DNA of 63,751 bases, filler included, from Sphacelaria rigidula (Eukaryota), in assembly GCA_964200075.2 (NCBI GenBank). It is 8 parts of 8 records of this genome, joined end to end, with 100 filler letters (N's around TTAATTAATTAA, not from the genome) between each part and the next. Parts side by side here need not be neighbours in the genome. Positions count along the whole stretch, not along the records: positions 1 to 7,882 come from CAXNAA020013110.1; positions 7,983 to 15,864 come from CAXNAA020013111.1; 6 more parts are not named here. One strand, 5' to 3'. The translations under genes and the position numbers were made by a program. Below, piece after piece: positions 1-12,925 of this stretch; the stretch's first letter is position 1, and every line of letters starts with the position of its first letter. The notes under the pieces were generated by a model, which worked only from the letters and a program-made list of their open reading frames with translations, was not told the origin of the DNA and ran no database searches.

Positions 1-1520
1 CATTGGGCATCATCGCTGAAAGTGTGGGGAAATCACTGTTCTGGGCTTGAACCTCATCTCGAAGTTAAACCTCAATTCGAACAATTTGTTGTTTACTGCA
101 TTTTCCGCTTTTGGAGCGTCAATTCGTTTGTGGATTTCTCCATCGTGTCCGCACCATCTGGCTTCAAACTTGGCGCAGAGATGCAGCATAAGACACGCAG
201 CATATACGCTGCTCGGCGGCACGTGATGGGGGGGCGCGCATTAAGCACAGAACGAACACAGATTTTAGGTTATGCCGTCCATACGCCCTCAATCTGGCGT
301 CTCTGCAGCCCGGACTGCGTGAGGCATCGCTGGATGCCTATGTTGACACGCGGGTGAGCTCACTTCCGCGTCATGATCTACTATTCAGCTTTTGCGCCGT
401 CAAACAAACATCGATCCAAGATCGATCTGTATTTCCACACACTCCGGATCATGACATTCTGTGCGGTACACATTCTCCTATTGCCTATAGAGGTGCTCAA
501 TTCAGGAGGCACGGTCGTGCACGCGCTGTCAGCACTTTTACGCGCTGAAACTTCGCCCCCATGTCAAGTAGGTCATAGGCAATAACCTCATGTTACTGAA
601 TCTGGGGTTGGGTTGTGTTTGCGTGCGTATCGGAGCGAAAAGATGTCGATTTCTGTTCCGAATCATGATCCTTCTGTTTTCTTTCGCTCAACACTGAAAG
701 TAGCAACAATAAAAATATCTCACGCCTCGCCAAACTTACCCGGACTACTTGTAGGTACTCGACGCACACAACACGGAACATGGTCCCATAAATGTAATCA
801 TGGTAGATGATGAGCTTGGTGGGGAGAGCGGCGGCGCGCCCGCCATCTCAGCGGTCTCCGTGCCAAGGATGTCTGTAAACGGCAGCTAGCTGATCATATC
901 CGCCAACGCCTCGGCAATAAACTTGGGGGTCGAAGGCTGGGTGCCCCCCCCCCCCCCGCCGCCTTCAAAAACTCAAATTTTCGATATTGGAGCCTGCGAG
1001 TCCCGAAATCTATTTTCTGCAGACCCTTGTCCAACTCTAAAAATTATGCTGAGAATGCGCCTGCAAACTATTTTACAAATAAATCCGCTTCTAGGCTGGC
1101 CCAGCTCGTATAGCTTCGGTCCATTCGATCGCGGCGTGTTCGGCCGCTGCATGTTCGGCGAACAAGCTATACAACGTATCCCGCCGTGGGTATGTCACGT
1201 CCACGCGACAGTATAGCCTATATTGCAGCGGATCGACCTACTGTTATAGCACCGCGTGTGTGTACAAAACCACTGGACCTATCCACTGTGTAGTATCTGC
1301 GTGCGCCGTTCGCTGGACAGTACCTGCTGCTCCACGTGCGGCTTGTACCCTACAAGCCTGTATGGCTCGTATCTCTCAACACAGAACTGTCTGTACGGTA
1401 CAGACACTCTGCACTATTATACGGTCCGCACGATGGACGCACCCTTCAAGTACCCAATTTCCCACCCCGTGAAAGTATCGCAACGTGCTGATACTATTCG
1501 GAACATAGTATTATGGCGCA

Positions 1521-1812
1521 CGTCTGGGGTTTTTCTCACACGATGCCCAACAGTACAGTGGGGAGCAACCTTGTCGTGGGTACACAAATTCGATTTCACG
1601 GTTCACGAGGGAAAGGGACCGAGGAACCCCTCTCGTGTTTGAAAAATAAGGCACGCACCGCAGAAGGGACTTGGAGAAAACTACACAACATGGAGAGAAA
1701 AAACTTCTGTGTCGGCCTTCCTCCTGTGTGACCCTGGCTCATGCGCCCACATAATATACTGAAAGGTGCAGATTGGCGTCCAGAATAGATGGGATGGCAA
1801 CACACGCGCGCG
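1521..1812 (+). mobile_element. 5'-truncated copy of tRNA-derived SINE
   Basis: Body and 3' end (ttctcacac..gcccaacag..gtcgtgggtacacaaattcga..ccttcctcctgtgtgacc..gcgtccagaatagatggga..caacacac) match copies at 26625 and 51762; tRNA head absent. Confidence 0.85.
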
Positions 1813-2425
1813 CGCAGCACGTGTGTCAGGTTTGACAGAGGCACTGTTCAGGTTCAGGCTCAACAGAGCACTGCATCGTGCCCTATCTGCGTATTGGCGA
1901 CAAAAACAGAGGCCAGCATATACTGTAACTTCATGGCTAGGTATAGCTCAAGAAGAGACACACTGCACCAAGATGCGATGTGTATCCCAAGTTGTTGGTG
2001 GATCTGCAGTCTGGAAACATGCAGATAGTATACCGTGATTGGATCCACGTCACCTCGACCCACTTCAGTTTGTTGCCCTTAAGATTTCAAATGATCCGAC
2101 CACCCGTGACAGAGCGCAAATCTTTCTTCATGGATTCGATCTTTGTCGGATCCGCGGAAACACCCCGATTGTGTGCGGAAGATAACACCCTGCGGCGGCG
2201 AAATAATGTTTAGAGCGGATGAATCACCCGCTCCCCGTCCCCCCACCCACTCCACCTCGTTCCTCACTTACTGTCCATAGCACGTCATTTGAAGACCCTT
2301 ATTTTCTTGTACGAGACTATATCTCCCCCGCTCCTATCTGGTTTATAAGCCCGCAGCAGCCTCGCACATCTTCGGGGCCAGTTCACCAGCTGCAACACTG
2401 CGGACATCTTCAACTCAGAGAGATA

Positions 2426-2545
2426 ATGCCTGGAAGTCCGGATAAACATCACGGTAAGGATCACGGCCCAGGGCACGGTCCAGGGCACCACGGCCCACAT
2501 GGTGGCAAGGATCATGGGAAAGATCATGGTAAAGACCATGGCAAG
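2426..2545 (+). CDS. Probable first coding exon of a His/Gly-rich small protein (MPGSPDKHHGKDHGPGHGPGHHGPHGGKDHGKDHGKDHGK)
   Basis: ATG at 2426; HGKD/HGPG repeats use varied synonymous codons (cac/cat, ggt/ggc/ggg, aag/aaa); ends at phase-0 donor AAG|GTGAG. Confidence 0.7.
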
Positions 2546-3503
2546 GTGAGAAAGGGACAGAGAGAGTGGTCACGCGGATGCGCAGGTGATTGATTGTCTA
2601 GGCTCGTGTGAACGCCGCTGGTTGGCGATTCAACCTGCTCCAATTCGTAGCCACCTGACGCCATTTGCTACTACTAGCCCATCCAAATACGACCCGGTGC
2701 TGTCCTGCCCCGCTTCCCCCTCAACCACCAAGCTACCCCCTAGTCTAAGCCGTGCCAGTGTAAAAGTGACGGCAAGTGACGGCAATAGGATATATTGAAT
2801 AGTTCAACAGCTTTGGTGGTTCGGTATTTAAACGACCGGTGTGCCGCGTAGGCAAAGCTATCTTGCAATTCCGGTCGATCTTGGCCCTGAAGCCACCCCT
2901 TCGCCCCAGAATGCCGTACTAACTCGGGGTTCGGCGTGCGTCTCAATCGGCCCAGTTGTGCGCGCGTCTCGATCAGCCCAGTTGTGGCTGTATATTTTCG
3001 TCGTGCCCCGTCGGTGAAACTGTCTGGGGTCGGGTGTAGATGATAAATTCTCGACTCGAAAGTCTAGATGACAGCAGCCGCAACCCGCCTCAACAGTCCA
3101 ACGAATCAGATACATTTATGCTCGGCTCATTTCCATGCCCACTGCTGTTGTTTTTGTTGTAAAATGGAAAGGCGTGGAGTTTGGCGGAACGAACTGCAAA
3201 GTAGTCATGAACCCTCGAATGCTTCACGTCAGCACATCGCCCCCTTTGTTCTCCTTCACCCCGTTATATCGTCCACAAGCGTTGCTGTGCATGCTGCGTG
3301 GGAATGTGCTTCGTGGAAACGTACCTCGTGGAAATGTATAATTTGTATTTTTTTCGTCCGTTTTGTAGGAGAGGGTTTCATTTGGCGGGTTTGTCCGACG
3401 CTTTGCACGGCAGTAACAATTGCTGCGCTCGTGTGAAGTGAACGACCTTGTCGACCAAAGTTTTGTTACTTGAACGTACACACCGAAATCATGTATTTTG
3501 CAG

Positions 3504-3551
3504 CCGCACGCACCAGGTGGTCGACGTGGTCAGCAGGTGGTGCTCGTGTAG
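3504..3551 (+). CDS. Candidate second/terminal exon of the His-rich protein (PHAPGGRRGQQVVLV*)
   Basis: Acceptor tattttgCAG at 3501-3503, phase 0 matches the upstream donor, similar P/H/G composition, TAG at 3549-3551. Splicing is inferred. Confidence 0.4.
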   Translation, partial: PHAPGGRRGQQVVLV

Positions 3552-4451
3552 TCCCATCAGGGATCTTGCGTCGGCCACGAGTGACCCCAGCTCGATTGCA
3601 ACATGTAAGGGTCAATCGTGGAGAGATTGTCCGGTGGTGACAGACCCCTCGGTTCGGCATGCGTATCTCAATCTGTCACCACCTCCCCCCCCCCCCCTCC
3701 CGCTAGTCATACAGACAGAATAAGGGATACGCACGAGACGAGTGATCCCCGACCCCCCTCTTGGAAGTGGAAGTAACATATCGTTTCACGTTCTGCCCCA
3801 GCATTGTCTTCGCGAGTGCTAACAACACAAAACCATGTATTTAGCCCATGTATCTAGCTGGTATGTTGAGTCCGGCAGCCACGGCTTCCCGTGTGCGCAT
3901 GTAGGAGATGGCAATAAGGCAGGAAGCTATAGTATTGTTGGGTGCGTCAACGAGGGCGTCTTACCCAGGTACACAATACGATCCCGCCACGTGGGCAAGC
4001 TCATCATACACGCATTTTCGTCATACCGCACGCTCGCCAATAATTACACGTTTTCTCGACGAACGCACGACCGCCTGTACTTCGCTTGGAAGGTGTACGT
4101 TTGGAACGAAGAGCGCATTCGCAGGCTCGGTACTGTCTGTACCGAACTTCACCTCTGCTTGATCGTCGCGAAATTTCATTCCAGATAGATTCTCCGCCCA
4201 CGGAACATACATGCATAGTTTTCATGGTGCTTGATGTGGTGAGAAAATTGAGTCAAAGAGAAGGTTAAGGTTATCGTGCAAAACAACGGAAGACCCCTCA
4301 CATGTCAGACTTGACTCAGCACATGTGGCACATGTTGTTTGGGTCGCTCACGAGCTGGTTCACGCTGATCATCCAAGATTGTGTCATCAGAAAATGAATG
4401 CATTCCGCGGTACCGCCCCAGTAGTCGCATATATATACGATATCATACCGA

Positions 4452-5078
4452 CAGTCGACGCGTTCTACTCGATACCCCCACATCGTTGATTTGGGGAGGC
4501 AAAATCTACACGTCAATGTGTTTGTGTATGTTGTAATCCCACATGTTCTGGACGCCGATCTACACCTCTCGGTGTATGCCGGCGCACCAGCCGGGATCAC
4601 ACAGGAGGAAGGTCAACACAGGATATTTCTCTTCTTGATTTGTTTTAGTTCTCCACCTTCCTTCTGCGGTGTTTGCGTTTATTTTTTATCGCGAGAGGTG
4701 CTCAGCAGTCTGTCTCTGTCCCTCCACGACCGACCGTTAGGTCGAATTTGGTGTGCCCGCGACATACTCGCTCTCCACTGTTGTTCGGCATTGCGTGAGA
4801 AAAAAACCCAGATCGCTCCGAGATTCTCGAACCCACGACTCGACCGTCAGGAGGTTTCGAGGTTACCAACTGAGCCACCGGGGCGACACGTGAGTCGAGA
4901 TGAAACAAGCCGAGCACAACAAGCAGCTGGGAAATCTAACCCTTGGTTTCGTTTTCGCCAATGTCGCCCATATGAGGCGCTTCAAGCAGCTTAAAACCGG
5001 AGACCAGGCGCTGCCTGACCAATTTCTTCGTAACAGTTTTGGACTGGTTTGGGGGGGGGGCTACTGTAGAAAGTGTCC
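4452..5078. mobile_element. MITE interrupted by the SINE; same family as 6035-6327 in opposite orientation
   Basis: 4888-5060 is a reverse-complement homolog of ~6080-6260; ends in gggggctactgtagaaagtgtc. Confidence 0.7.
4518..4887 (-). mobile_element. Full-length tRNA-derived SINE inserted into a MITE
   Basis: Minus-strand head gtcgccccggTGGCTCAGTTGGtaac..GGTTCGAGaatc (A and B boxes), AC-rich tail; degenerate TSD acgtcaat (4510-4517)/acgtgagt (4888-4895); the uninterrupted MITE copy near 6250 reads acgtgaat on its reverse strand. Confidence 0.9.
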
Positions 5079-6034
5079 GCCATGGACAAATACAGAATAG
5101 TGGGCCACATCGACGGTGTTTTGTCGAAGGCCACAGGGCCGGAGTTTTCTTAAAGGCCACAGGGGTGGCGCTAAGGACAGAAATTTGTCGTGACCAACGA
5201 TCAGCGACCTTCAAGTTGTTGCGAAAATAAAAAAAATCGAATTCTCACAAGGGTCTCTTTAAAAGCACATTCTGGACACGTAGACCCCAAATCAGAAGGA
5301 GGGGGGGGGGGGAGAACACCCAGCCTCCTGTCCTCTAGTTTGTTGCCGAAGCGTTGGCGGGTGCGATCAGCTACCACCGTGTACAGAGATCCTTGGCATG
5401 GAAACCGACGAGATGGCGGACATGCCCCTCCCCCGAATTCCCATATGAGGAGATGATTCATTACAAGCTGGGGCGAGATATGTTTTACGACGAACAAGAG
5501 TGCATCATGATCAGCCACTTGCCGTTGCATTTGAGACCCACGCTATCAACCGCCGACCGCAAAGGCCTCGACACGCTGCCCCCCCAAGCTTATCACTCAC
5601 CATTATTACGTTCATGGGATCATGTTGCGTATCGTGGGCCTCAAGTACCCACCAATCGTCCGGGCAAGTTTTGCGAGGCGTGAGATAAAGTCGCTTCTTT
5701 GGCTGCAGGCTGTCGTTGCCGTGCGCTCGTGTGCATACATGTCTGTGAGGGTGGCCGGCTCCGCGGTCATCGAGACAGTACAGTAGAGCGGGCAAGGAGC
5801 AGCAGCAACTATACGAACCTGGCGAAGCCCACCAGACCTTTCGGGTTTTGTCAGTGTTTCCGCACTTTTTCAACAATATTGACAAGAATAAAAGGGGAAA
5901 AATGATCATTTTCGAAAACATTCCCTCCGGGAGGTGGGGGGGGGGAGGCTCCGTGTTGGAAAATCTTCTTCTTCCGACAGACCCTTGATTCTCAACCAAA
6001 GTTTAATCCAATATTCCACACCCTGGACAACAGT

Positions 6035-6327
6035 TGACACTTTCTACGATAACCCCCCCTCCCCCCCCCCCCCCAATCCCCCCCGAAAAGATAAAGTCCG
6101 AAACTGACACAAAAATCATGATCATACAGCGCCTGGGGTTGGGATTGAGGCTACATGGAGCGCCTCATATATATGGGCGGCATTGGCGAAAACAAACCCA
6201 AGCGTGGGAATTCCCAGCTGGTCGTTGTGCTCGGCTGTTTCCATTTCGATTCACGTGTACATTTTGCCTCTCAAAACTAGCCACTTTTGGGAGGGGGGGA
6301 GGGGGGGGGCTATCGTAAAAAGTGTCA
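6035..6327. mobile_element. ~290-bp MITE; related copies at ~7678-7810, 20303-20541, 20958-21310, 33330-33478
   Basis: TIRs tgacactttctacgataacccccc / ggggggctatcgtaaaaagtgtca; shared internal motifs such as catacagcgc..catgaagcgcctc. Confidence 0.8.
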
Positions 6328-7251
6328 GATGACGTTTTAAAAAAAACTGCGCACGGCGTCGACTACATTGCGTCTACCGCAAAAGGCATATTCCGTACTC
6401 TACGCAGTATACTTTCTCCGATATTATCTGTCGTGCAGTGTGTGCAATCTTCACGCGCTTCGAATCGTTGCAAACCGACATCAGCTCGGAAATCTACGAC
6501 GGGAAAGACAGATTCGAAGACAGTTACTCTGGGATCAAATTATACCGAGAGCCGTGTCCGGTATTGCGGTCATGTGCAGTTTATACGCGTCGTCGGATTT
6601 TCACTGATGATTACCGACACCGAAGACTCAGGAAACCTTCTGGCAGATTCCCTTATATATATATGTATATCGTATATCGTATAAAAGCTCTGACCGCCCT
6701 GCAACTTAGATTTTCGGTGGGAGTTCTGCTCCAGATGAAAAAAATGTATCTCTGCTGGAAATAGTTTGAGCTTTTCTGCTCTTTGCCGGCCTTCGGGGGT
6801 CTCGACATGAAGATCCCCTGAAGCTTGTGCAGAAAACCTCAAAATAAGAAAATGAAAAAGTGTCCGTCACGGGGTAGTCGAAGGAACTCTATTTTTGCAA
6901 GGTTCCGATGCGAAACTGGAAAAGCTGATGCACGTTTCCTCGTTTCAATGTTGAAATACCCGAACACGACGCTTCATACGGAAATCAATAGGTTGGAAGC
7001 TTGTACCTTTGACGCCCGCTTCATCGCACAAAAGCGCAAAGAATGAATATCCACGCCGACTCTGGGAGTTGGACGCTGACAGGTCGCACACGTATACTGT
7101 GTGGAATATTACGGAACTTTTAATGAAATGGGGTCTACAGGAGAGATACCGCGATAGCCCCGACCAGAACAGTGGCTGGCGTGAGAAGAAAAAATCTGTA
7201 TGTGAATCACAATGACGAAGGCCGAGCACGTCGAGTACCTGGAAAACTCCC

Positions 7252-7667
7252 CCACACGCGGCCATTCGACTACCCCCAAGAATACTCTGTTCCGGTCGGC
7301 TTTTCGAGCCTCCAGAGGAATGAAATGCCTCCGGAGGGTGCGCGGCCCTCCAGAGGGGTGGGATCAAATGAATGGCCTCAGAGGCTTGTTTTGCCTCTGG
7401 AGGGCCGCGCATCCCTCCGGAGGAATTTGGAGGATGCGCGGCCCTCGAGAGCACCATATTTTTTGTTTTTCTCGAGAGATTCAGACCTCAGAAGTCACTG
7501 GAGCATCAGATAGATGCCCTCCAGAGGATTCGTTTATTACCGCACTTGGGGATGAAATACCCTCTAAAGCGTTTTTTTATCCTCCGGAGGGTCACTTTAC
7601 CCTGGAGAGGATGAAAATCGTGATACTACAGGGGATTTTCATGGGGTAGCCGAGTGGTCGCGTGTGG
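7252..7667. mobile_element. Non-autonomous TIR element with internal palindromic CCTCC(A/G)GAGG repeats
   Basis: TIRs ccacacgcggccattcgactacccc / ggggtagccgagtggtcgcgtgtgg; many internal cctccagagg/cctccggagg motifs. Confidence 0.7.
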
Positions 7668-7882
7668 CCCACCTGGGATCGTTTTTGCCAATGTCGCCTA
7701 TATGAGGCGCTTCATGCGGTGCGAAACCAGCGATCATGCGCCGTATGTCCATTTTCTTCGCGTGATACAGTTTTGTGGCTAGTTCAAGAGAGGAGGGGGA
7801 GGGGGGGGGGGGAGTCCTTTGTTGCTTGCCTTGATCGTTTAGTTGGGGGGAGGGGCGGGTACGGAAAGAGTGTGGATGTCGG

Positions 7883-7982
7883 NNNNNNNNNNNNNNNNNN
7901 NNNNNNNNNNNNNNNNNNNNNNNNNNTTAATTAATTAANNNNNNNNNNNNNNNNNNNNNNNNNNNNNNNNNNNNNNNNNNNN
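7883..7982. other. Artificial linker (44 N + TTAATTAATTAA + 44 N); identical linkers at 15865-15964, 23847-23946, 31828-31927, 39809-39908, 47790-47889, 55771-55870
   Basis: Identical 100-nt spacer with stops in all six frames, spaced every 7981-7982 nt. Confidence 0.98.
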
Positions 7983-9079
7983 GGGAGACCAACGAAGCCC
8001 AAATAGCACGGTAATGATGACGGTCCAGAGAAGTGGGGGGTGGGGGGTGAACCCCCCCGATGAGAGGTGTCGTTATGTCATGCAGTTCTTGTCTTGATAC
8101 ACCTGGTATGCTTGTACGTGTGGCTGTCCCTCGAGAGGCCACAAGATGGAAAGCTGCTATTCTTAGTTCTTTGGATCTTTGTTTGGCGGTATTTGGGGCC
8201 TTGAGTCTCGCACGTAGTCGGACCCTGTGTTCATTTCTACTTCTCGCGCGTCAAGTTGGAAAACCGAGTGCCACCCCCTGAAGTCCGAATGGCCACCTGC
8301 GACACCGGATCTTCTGAGGTTAGCCATATGTACTCCCTTTTTCTTCTTTATTTTATTTTCCTGTTTTGCTTGTATCATGTTTTGAGAGTTTTAATCTTTT
8401 TTCTTTTTTTTTCTAGCCTGTGACCACGGAAGGCGTCCCCATCAGATGCCCAGTACGAATGTATCGCGCAGATATCGGAACTGTTTTTAACGTGAAGACA
8501 ACAACAGTAACAACAACAGAAGTACCTTGTCTCGGATGAGAGGAGCGATGAGTCACGAATCCTCTGGAATTTTTGTTCGTTGACATTTCCGGTTTCGTGC
8601 CAATGAAGAGTCAAGAGTCTTCGGCGAAGATTTGAGAATTTGGCCTTAGCGATCGCTTTGTAACTCGAAGTGGGGCAAGCTTGTATGGAGCTGTTGTCGA
8701 AAGCAGCGGAAGAGATTGCTATTCTTTGCGGGAAATGACGGTACTATCAGGCACCAATGATGTCTGAGTTTATCAAGCTCTGATGTAACTACTTGTTGGT
8801 AGCAGAGAGCTTTGGGGGTGCTGTAGACTCCAGTCACCATTGTTACCTAAGATTAGGGACATTGTGTAGGTGGAGTTGCGGGTCTGATTGCCGAACTCTG
8901 TGATGGGTGACCACCATGACGAGAGGGCCCGGTTTTGCTACACTGGTGAAGATAGGCTATGGTCCTGTTCTCCTGTATATGCTAAGGGTTAATATATGAA
9001 TAACTAAAGCTGCTTAAAGTCCATGTCCCCGTGATGGGAGGAGTCGACATAGCGATCTGATCTTGAGTGACAAAAAGCT

Positions 9080-10258
9080 ACCACCTGCCCAGCGCACTGC
9101 CGAACGGCAACAGCGGCAGCGGAGCTACCTGTATTCCGTTCGAGCTGCCTGGCATGTTCACCCTCTTCAATAGCAATACCAGGAGCATCTAGACCAACGC
9201 TTACCGTGGTACTGTCGGCGGGCGCGCTCTCATGCCTACCCGCTTTGACAGATACGTGCTCTGTCTCCTTCCCGCTCTGCATAGTGGAAGCAGCTGTCCT
9301 GTATCGTTGCTTCAAACGCGCACTACCGACTGCACGTTCGGCGGATGCACTATCGTGCCTGTCCCCTCGGGCAAATACACGCTTCTCAGCTTTCACAGTG
9401 CAATGCGCCCCCCCGGACGGCGCATGCTTGCGAAACGCGAAAAGCAACTGCTCGTTCTCAACATCATATAATCATGCTTCAAGAACGTGTCACACAGACA
9501 TTTCGCAATATGTTTCGGAATGAGCTCAGAAACTTCTGCCACCTCAAAGAGGTTTGTCCATCGCGCGTTCACCTGATCTACATCTCGCAAATATTGCTCG
9601 TATTGGCGTAAAAACTCGGCCGATTTCTCGCTCGAAAACTTGCGGCCGCAGTACGGCATCTCCAGCGCCAGTACAGGAACAACACAACTATAGACAATGA
9701 CATTTTTCTGCTCCTCATTCATTTCGGTCAGCAGTACAGCACTCCACACCGCCTTTTTGAAAGATGAAGTCGCCTCCCACTCACAGGAACAACAACTCTC
9801 TCCTGACACGGAGACGCGCTGCACCACCTTACAACGGCAATGGCCACAGCGCCTCTTCCTCACGCAGAGGTCTCACCACGTGTTTGAAGTCCTTAGACTC
9901 CTCTTCCTGACCAAGCGTGGAACACGCAACCCTCGTTGGCTCCACTAGGTAGTACGGTAGTTGCGCCGCTTTTTCTGGAACGCGCACGGGCTCGCCAGCT
10001 GTCGGTCAACCCCCCGCACCTCTCGCACGAGCGATACCACACCCTAGCACTGCCTCAGAACCTCCTCGGCTCTACTTCTCCAACTCCTCGCGACGTTAAC
10101 ACACCTTGAGCTGGTCTTGTTTGCTGTAAACTGATCAGGCCTGCAGACTTCCCTATGTTGAAGTGTCAGCTGCTTTTCAGCGGATATACCGCCATCAGCG
10201 GACTTTATGAACGTTCATTGTAGACTTCTGTCACTCAAGATCAGATCGCCATGTGGAC
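9080..10258 (-). mobile_element. Ty3/gypsy leader and decayed gag fragment
   Basis: MPYCGRKFSSEKSAEFLRQYEQYLRDVDQVN..ELIPKHIAKCL aligns with gag N-termini at ~14275, ~32300 and ~60418. Confidence 0.7.
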
Positions 10259-10269
10259 NNNNNNNNNNT

Positions 10270-12925
10270 CTACAACGCGTGTCAACCAGAGCAACACAAC
10301 ACACAGATCCAGGAACCACACCATAACCACCTACAATCGTCCACAAAGCGATTCAGGTTTACAAGTCATAATATATTTCCTCCTTCTCAACGAGCAATTA
10401 CCCCAGTACTTGGTCCTCAACATCACCCAACCGGGCGCTCACCACAACATCAAGGATCTCAGCTAATGCCTTCCGTGTAATTGTCTTGCGCTTCTCTTGA
10501 GAAACAGCAGCACTCCGGCTACAATGTCGTCCACACCGTAGAGCGGCATTTTCACTCGAACAGTCGCTCCTCGTGTCATAGATACAGCTACAGCTCTCAC
10601 AAGTTTCCCGAAAACCGGTGTTTAATGCCCACTGCACGGCAGGTAACAAACCCACCCAGGCATTAGCATCGCGACTTCCTGCGTTATGACCTTCAAGGAA
10701 CGAACAATGTCACGCATCATTCTCTCACATTCACGATGTGACAACCGCAAGTTGGTCACCACTAGTCCGCGATCCATCAGCGCCTTTTCGAGCACTGTCA
10801 CCACACGATTCTCATATTACGATCCTATATTGCTGACCCATCCCTCCTGCGGCCCCAGCGCTTTGCAACATTTCAAGAGATGCTCAACCGTCGTCGCCAC
10901 GCCACAAGACTCCGGGGGCTCCAACCGTACGAAGTCGCTCGGATCATCCATCCTTACCAATACGTACTTAAATCGATCTCCTTCGTCCAGGCTACTATTT
11001 CCCAGCGGACCATCCTCGCTAACACTGAGAAAATTGAAATGAAACACCTTCCCCGGGCGAGCACAATGCACCACCTACTTGTGGGGACGAGGAACTTCCT
11101 CCCCCGCCTTGTAAGCACTCATCCAGCGAAAACAGGACTTCTCGGGATTTGCGATCGCCGCTCTCGCCCTCACTACCTGCAAACTGCAGTACACGAGCCC
11201 GAGCGCCACCAATTTTGCGATGCAGCGTGCCGACTACGCCATTCGGCCCGGAAAGTATGCCCCCGGTCGAGCCTTTGCCTCCACAGCAACAGCGTTGAAT
11301 TATGACCATTCAGCACCCGCCGTAAAATGTTCGCTCTGTTCCGTACAAGCTCACGAATCTGGCTCACGCCGCTCTCCGATATGCTGTTATGCGCGGCGGC
11401 TTGTACCGCCTTCTCCGGCGCAACATCAAGCTCAGCAAGCTCTTGTTGCGGGGATATGCTCATCGCCGGACTTCTCGTAACAACCGCTCGACTGAGGAAG
11501 TGAGGGATCTCCGTTCGACCCCCTGGTTGCTGTAGAGCGTCTACCGCGATACTGACACGCCGACAGTTCGTCATATCAGGCGTGTTTACACCTCGCACCG
11601 AAGTGTTCGTAACATCAGGCACCTAGACTACTGTACACGTCAATGCCCAGCGCCTCCAGCATAGGACTCCCCATGATTATCACATCATCCGTACCCGGTA
11701 TGACCGCGTATGAACATGGGTCCAGCACAACCGGTCCCCAGCTGGTGTATAAAGAGGTTCGGACAGGGCAAGTTTTCTGCTTCACGCGCTCAACATTGCC
11801 GTTAGCCAATCTCACCAGCTGTTCACTCACCATCGGTGTGACCACCCGAACCTCTGGAACCATAGCTTGCAATTTCGCCGCTACACCTACTGGCATGGTC
11901 GTTTTTCCAGATCCCAAGTCGAAATTGGCCTTGACCGGACAAACAGTCTGTGCCCCTGCACTCGGTACAAGCAAGTCGACGAGATATCACCTTTCCTGTT
12001 TTTCTACGCATATACCCTTCGATTAAAAACCTGATACCTCACGCGGTTTAAGCAATTTACACGACGACATCGCTTCACATGTCCAGCGCGGGACTGTTTC
12101 CCCTGTGTCCCCCGACACGGTCTGCTCGACGCCACCAGTAGAGACGACCGGTTCTGGCGGCAGCATCGCTCCACTGCTGGGAGCACCCTCTCCATGGGTT
12201 AAAAATGCAGCCCTTGTAGCGGCAGGTCCTCCTCGAGGCACCTGTCCAGGGCCCTGCGATAGCTGCTGCTACTGTTGTTGCTGCGTGTCGCCGGCCTTCG
12301 ACTGCCCACCTGCAGTATGTTGTGGAGCAGCAGCTTGGCTTTGCTGCTTGCAAGCCTTCACGAAATGGCTCTCGTCTCTACATGAGAAACAACCTGCATA
12401 GCTTGGGCTCGGTTTCCGAGATTACCGGAACTGGCAGTCTCACTGGCAGCGGTCGCCGTTTTTTCACGATTCAGTTGGCGCTTGGACCCGGGGGTCCCGC
12501 TACCGTTCTTCTGTTTCAGCTGCGGCTGGTGACGGCGCTGTGAATAAGCCGCTTCTACCGTCTTCCATGCCTCTGCTGCTTCCCGATCCGTATCATACAC
12601 GAGCTCAAGGTCCTCTTCTAACGCCCTCTTTATGTGTATGTGAACCTGTCTGGAATCAGAACAAGGTTACAGTGCTGTTCCAGGGGCTTCCTCCCTGTCA
12701 CGGGCTCCAGAGACTTCAAGACTCAAGCAGTTATACAAACAGCAGTCTTTGTTAACCAGAAGTGACCGGCGGACCTCGTATGCAAAAATCCTACATCACA
12801 GAGTCCACCGATCATACACTTAGACTCGTTATCCATCAACCAGCCTATAAACGCCTGCTATGCATTTTATCCACTGCAGCCATGTACCCAAGGATGGTAA
12901 CAATGTTGCCCAGAGTCTAAAGCGC
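10270..12925 (-). mobile_element. Internally deleted Ty3/gypsy retrotransposon (LTR/leader, gag C-terminus with zinc knuckle, protease, RT/RNase H remnants, integrase)
   Basis: CFSCRDESHFVKAC knuckle at ~12350-12395; protease tail AVIPGTDDVIIMGSPMLEALGID; integrase remnants KYVLVRMDDPSDFVRLEP, ECERMMRDIVRSLK, LLPAVQWALNT; many frameshifts. Confidence 0.88.

Noticed and set aside
3835..4188. 117-aa ATG ORF
   Set aside because: No recognisable motif, splice support or homolog in the window.
6438..7215. Possible transposase fragments (SEIYDGKDRFEDSYSG; SHTYTVWNITELLMKWGLQ)
   Set aside because: Resemblance is too short to support without a database search.
7927..7938. TTAATTAATTAA as a biological motif
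   Set aside because: Synthetic linker embedded in Ns.
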